40,432 nt of DNA, taken from assembly GCA_032718475.1 (NCBI GenBank), contig JAUCBJ010007581.1:1-40432 (forward strand), given 5' to 3'. Within the stretch, counting starts at the first letter, position 1. Every line of letters begins with the position of its first letter. Of this stretch, positions 35,078-40,432 are shown in pieces. The position numbers and the translations under genes are program-made. A model generated the notes under the pieces. It had not been told where the DNA came from, searched no databases, and was given only the letters and a program-made list of their open reading frames with translations. Origin of the DNA: Nemertoderma westbladi (Eukaryota > Animalia > Xenacoelomorpha).

Positions 35078-38000
35078 TTAGGAACCGAGAGGTTCATTAC
35101 TGTAAGAATTGTTGGCTGACTGGCTGCTGATCTACAGCCAAAACTACTCTAACGAATTTGATTAAATTTTCACAGCGGCTAGATACCGCGATTCTAAGGT
35201 CCCTGGTATGTTCCGCTATTTCGTCCATGAGCCGTGGGCTCGAAAAATAGACATAAACGAAAAAACGCCATAGGCGCAATGGTAAAATAACACCAATGAC
35301 AGCTGGTGTCCTGATGAAAAATGGTTTATGTAATGCATTTCTACACAAGGCTTAGTAATAAATCGATGAGGTTGCCAAGATTATTATACTTAGTACACCC
35401 ATACTGTTTGTTTAGGCCCTGCACTCTCTGTCAAAGCAAACATTGACTGGTGGTTGGTTTAGTTTGAAATCTATTATCGCCTCAGCTGAATTACTCTTCC
35501 CAATGCAATCTATGGGAATATCTCACTCTGCTAATGTAAGCTGAATGACTGTTAAGTACACAGTGAGTTGGCTACATTAATGCCAACATTATTGCAAAAT
35601 GTTTTATTGTTGGATTACTCTCTGTCAGTCTCCCCTTCAGAACATTGTATAGGGAATTTACTTTAGTTTACTCTACTGTGCCATTCAGCTGAATGGATTT
35701 GAGCGATTGCCAAGTTACAGAGTTGGATCATTCTCTGACCATAGGCAAAGACATCAAATCTTTTTAAAAATATACTTTTTCCATGTTTTTTTTTCTGACC
35801 AAAAATTTCAAAAAAAAATTTTTCGTAGCCAGTACTGCCAATCGATTCGCCATCAAAAATAACGCAAAAAATTTTTTTTGCAAAATTTTAAATTACTGTA
35901 AATTTTTGGCGACTGGGGGGGGTCAATTTTTTTCGATCCGCTATAACTCCGGAACGCTTTGTCCAAATTCGATGGGGTTTTCATTTTTCAACTTAATTCG
36001 ATGTCCTCTTTCAGCCTATCCATGTTTCGAAACCCCAAACAGCGCCGTTCAAAAATTAATTTTTTCTAGTTCTAGAATTTTACAAATTTCAAAAAAGTTG
36101 CAGTATTTTATTAACGCCTTTACGGAATTCGATAGCGTTTTCGATTTTTATATTAAACGCAATATCCTGAATCTCACTAGCCTAGTTTCGCGTCACCAAT
36201 GCCAAGACTTCATACTTTTTGAGGAAAATTTTTCTAGAATAATTTTTATTTAATTACATTTATCGCGATTTCTTATTACTGGTTGCACATGAATTGATGG
36301 AGTTTTCAATTTATTAACTAAACACGATATCGCGCATCGCACCAGCGTGGTTTCGAAATTCCAAAACGAGGTCTTCACTAGTTGCAGGTCGATTTTGTTC
36401 TAGAATTGAGCAACTAATAATAGATCGAATTTATTAATAATTATTGTATGAAATATGATTGTATTTTTACATAATTATTAGTTCTATACTAATTCTCGTT
36501 GTCTCTTTTATTTAAAATAAAAAGTCGGTTCCTTATCGGGCCGCTAGGCCCGTCACTAGTTAGGAACCGAGAGGTTCATTACTGTAAGAATTGTTGGCTG
36601 ATTGACTGGCTGGCTGGCTGGTTAATCTACAGCCAAAACTACTCTAACGATTTTGATGAAATTTTCACAGCGGCTAGATACCGCGATTCTAAGGTCCCTG
36701 GTATGTTCCGCTATTTCGTCCATGAGCCGTGGGCTCGAAAAATAGACATAAACGAAAAAACGCCATAGGCGCAATGGTAAAATAACACCAATAACAGCTG
36801 GTGTCGTGATGAAAAATGGCTTATGTAATGGATTTCTACACAAGGCTTAGTATAAATCGATGAGGTTGCCAAGATTATTGTACTTAGTACACCCATACTG
36901 TTTGTTTAGGCCCTAGGACACTCTGTCAAAGCAAACTATTAACTGGTTGGTTTAGTTTGAAATCTATTATCGCCTCAGCTGAATTACTCTTCCCAATGCA
37001 TCTATGGGAATATCTCACTCTGCTAATGTAAGCTGAATGACTGTTACGTACACAGTGAGTTGGCTACATTAATGCCAACATTATTGCAAAATGTTTTATT
37101 GTTGGATTACTCTCTGTCAGTCTCCCCTTCAGAACATTGTATAGGGAATTTACTTTAGTTTACTCTACTGTGCCATTCAGCTGAATGGATTTGAGCGATT
37201 GCCAAGTTACAGAGTTGGATCATTCTCTGACCATAGGCAAAGACATCAAATCTTTTTAAAAATATACTTTTTCCATGTTTTTTTTTCTGACCAAAAATTT
37301 CAAAAAAAAATTTTTCGTAGCCAGTACTGCCAATCGATTCGCCATCAAAAATAACGCAAAAAATTTTTTTTGCAAAATTTTAAATTACTGTAAATTTTTG
37401 GCGACTGGGGGGGGGTCAATTTTTTTCGATCCGCTATAACTCCGGAACGCTTTGTCCAAATTCGATGGGGTTTTCATTTTTCAACTTAATTCGATGTCCT
37501 CTTTCAGCCTATCCATGTTTCGAAACCCCAAACAGCGCCGTTCAAAAATTAATTTTTTCTAGTTCTAGAATTTTACAAATTTCAAAAAAGTTGCAGTATT
37601 TTATTAACGCCTTTACGGAATTCGATAGCGTTTTCGATTTTTATATTAAACGCAATATCCTGAATCTCACTAGCCTAGTTTCGCGTCACCAATGCCAAGA
37701 CTTCATACTTTTTGAGGAAAATTTTTCTAGAATAATTTTTATTTAATTACATTTATCGCGATTTCTTATTACTGGTTGCACATGAATTGATGGAGTTTTC
37801 AATTTATTAACTAAACACGATATCGCGCATCGCACCAGCGTGGTTTCGAAATTCCAAAACGAGGTCTTCACTAGTTGCAGGTCGATTTTGTTCTAGAATT
37901 GAGCAACTAATAATAGATCGAATTTATTAATAATTATTGTATGAAATATGATTGTATTTTTACATAATTATTAGTTCTATACTAATTCTCGTTGTCTCTT

Positions 38001-39542
38001 TTATTTAAAATAAAAAGTCGGTTCCTTATCGGGCCGCTAGGCCCGTCACTAGTTAGGAACCGAGAGGTTCATTACTGTAAGAATTGCTCTGCTGACTGGC
38101 TGGCTGGCTGGCTAATCTACAGCCAAAACTACTCTAACGATTTTGATGAAATTTTCACAGCGGCTAGATACCGCGATTCTAAGGTCCCTGGTATGTTCCG
38201 CTATTTCGTCCATGAGCCGTGGGCTCGAAAAATAGACATAAACGAAAAAACGCCATAGGCGCAATGGTAAAATAACACCCATGACAGCTGGTGTCCTGAT
38301 GAAAAATGGCTTATGTAATGCATTTCTACACAAGGCTTAGTATAAATCGATGAGGTTGCCAAGATTATTGTACTTAGTACACCCATACTGTTTGTTTAGG
38401 CCCTGCACTCTCTGTCAAAGCAAATATTAACTGGTTGATTTAGTTTGTGGTTCTACACAGGCTTAGTATAAATCGATGAGGCTGCCAACTGGTTGGTTTA
38501 GTTTGCAATCTATTACCGCCTCAGCTGAATAACTCTTCCCCCTGCTGAATGACTATTAGGTATACAGTGTATCGGCTACATTAATGCCAACATTATTGCA
38601 AAATGTTTTATTGTTTGATTACTCTCTGTCAGTCTCCCCTTCAGAACATTGTATAGGAAATTTACTTTAGTTTACTCTACTGTGCCATTCAGCTGAATGG
38701 ATTTGAGCGATTGCCAAGTTACAGAGTTGGATCATTCTCTGACCATAGGCAAAGGCAAATCTTGTTAAAATATACTTTTTCCATGTTTTTTTTTCTGACC
38801 AAAAATTTCAAAAAAAATTTTTCGTAGCCAGTACTGCCAATCGATTCGCCATCAAAAATAACGCAAAAAATTTTTTTTGCAAAATTTTAAATTACTGTAA
38901 ATTTTTGGCGACTGGGGGGGGTCAATTTTTTTCGATCCGCTATAACTCCGGAACGCTTTGTCCAAATTCGATGAGGTTTTCATTTTTCAACTTAATTCGA
39001 AGTCCTCTTTCAGCCTATCCATGTTTCGAAATCCCAAACAGCGCCGTTCAAAAATTAATTTTTTCTAGTTCTAGAATTTTACAAATTTCAAAAAATTTGC
39101 AGTATTTTATTAACGCCTTTACGGAATTCGATAGCGTTTTCGATTTTTATACTAAACGCAATATCCTGAATCTCACTAGCCTAGTTTCGCGTCACCAATG
39201 CCAAGACTTCATACTTTTTGAGGAAAATTTTTCTAGAATAATTTTTATTTAATTACATTTATCGCGATTTCTTATTACTGGTTGCACATGAATTGATGGA
39301 GTTTTCAATTTATTAACTGAACACGATATCGCGCATCGCACCAGCGTGGTTTCGAAATTCCAAAACGAGGTCTTCACTAGTTGCAGGCCGATTTTGTTCT
39401 AGAATTGAGCGACTAATAATAGATCAAATGTATTAATAATTATTGTATGAAATATGATTGTATTTTTACATAATTATTAGTTCTATACTAATTCTCGTTG
39501 TCCATTTTATTTAAAATAAAAAGTCGGTTCCTTATCGGGCCG
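35078..39542 (+). mobile_element. Three type-A units (35078-36559, 36560-38052, 38053-39542; the last broken inside its 3' hairpin)
   Basis: CTAG ends at 36559 and 38052; the last unit stops at CCTTATCGGGCCG. Confidence 0.85.
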
Positions 39543-39725
39543 AGGCAAACATTGTTGAGGAAATTTACTTTAGTTTACTCTACTGTGGCATCCAGGTGAA
39601 TGGATATGAGCGTCCACAGAGATGACCTTAGTGTAATGCTATTTAATACAATAGGAAGGGCCAACAAGGAATTACTTCCTCTGCCAAGTTATAATCACTC
39701 ACTCTACAACCCGGACAGTAAGCAT
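39543..39725 (+). mobile_element. Diverged fragment related to the HINE interiors
   Basis: AACATTGTTGAGGAAATTTACTTTAGTTTACTCTACTG resembles the A/B interior; CTCTGCCAAGTTATAATCACTCACTCTACAACCCGGACAGTAAGCA resembles the type-C interior at ~30155-30198. Confidence 0.65.
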
Positions 39726-39907
39726 AGGGTGCATTTATTCGAAAAAACTCAAAATACGAATGGATTTGATTTGATGGGATTGATTTGATTGTACCATGAC
39801 CTTTTAATTGCACACAAATAAATACAATACAAAGCTAAAATAATGTTGGGACATCTTTAACAATTAACTTTACTACGTGTCTCATGTCCTAGAGCGTCCT
39901 CTACCGA

Positions 39908-39965
39908 CAGGGCGGTTCTAGGATTTTGCTGGGGGGGGGGGGGGGGGGGGGGGCAAAATATTTAA
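39908..39965 (+). mobile_element. Possible single terminus of a hAT-like MITE (CAGGGCGGTTCTAGGATTTT + poly-G)
   Basis: Resembles the common CAGGGGCGGATCTAGGATTTT-poly-G terminus of invertebrate MITEs; no partner end in the window. Confidence 0.35.
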
Positions 39966-40432
39966 TTTGCTGAGGTCAATTTTTCGGACTTGTAAACGTT
40001 TATAAACGCCAGCTTTAAATCGTTCAACAAAAACATTCCTAACAACAACTTTGTCTAAACCCGTCTATGTCTAATTATCTAATTATTTAGTTAATGGAAG
40101 GGTCGCAGCCGTCAGCTGGTGGTAACCCGTATCGTTCCAAAGATGTGGAGGAGAGACGCGACGTGTGTGGCACTCCTTTCCATTAATTTGTAATGATATC
40201 GTTTATTGTTTTGGTTAGTTAGGTTTCGGTATGGAGATGGTGTTCTGCGCAATAAAATAATTATCTTATATTTAATTATTTAAGAGGCAATAAATATACT
40301 TTAGTATTTTAGCCGCACAAACTTTCATAACATGTGTGGTAGTGGAAAATATTGAAGTAATTAAATGACTATTTTAAGACTATTTTAATTGCAAAATTAT
40401 ATTATATTAAGAAATTTACTGCTTAAATTTAC

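Larger units (their letters stand above)
12821..39542 (+). repeat. Head-to-tail array of ~13 non-autonomous Helentron-associated (HINE/DINE-1-like) rolling-circle units
   Basis: Units start at 12821, ~13811 (5'-deleted), 15258, 16774, 18269, ~19794, 27660, 29843, 32474, ~33311 (5'-deleted), 35078, 36560, 38053. Main type: 5' TTAGGAACCGA-GAGGTTC, (GACT/GGCT)n microsatellite, conserved core, 3' TCGGTTCCTTA (inverted to the 5' end), hairpin CGGGCC-GCTA-GGCCCG, then CTAG joined to the next TT. Confidence 0.85.

Noticed and set aside
12887-39252. Recurrent 70-156 aa ORFs (MCRNPL..., MGFSFFNL...)
   Set aside because: They recur only because the unit is repeated; indels and stops differ between copies and there are no recognisable domains or Rep/helicase motifs.

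Overview
AT-rich eukaryotic (probably invertebrate animal) sequence made almost entirely of nested transposable elements; no host gene is recognisable. 1-8.6 kb: decayed fragments of a Sola-type transposase, a 5'-truncated RTE-like LINE with a 14-bp TSD, a Bel/Pao gag-protease fragment and microsatellites. 8679-12740: TTAA-flanked Kolobok-type element containing an internally deleted piggyBac (10461-12633). 12821-39542: head-to-tail array of about 13 non-autonomous Helentron/DINE-1-like units (mostly ~1.5 kb) in three variants; one variant has co-varying alternative termini and another carries expanding (GAGCC)n tracts. The most notable object is a 6318-bp TIR transposon (20869-27186; TACGG...CCGTA ends, 6-bp TSD CTATTG; fits the IS3EU superfamily) inserted in one unit. 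It encodes an intact integrase-like DDE transposase and a convergent, frameshifted HECT E3-ligase-like protein, and each long TIR contains 15-18 tandem ~41-bp CCAAT-box repeats. All family assignments come from motifs recognised by eye, not from database searches.
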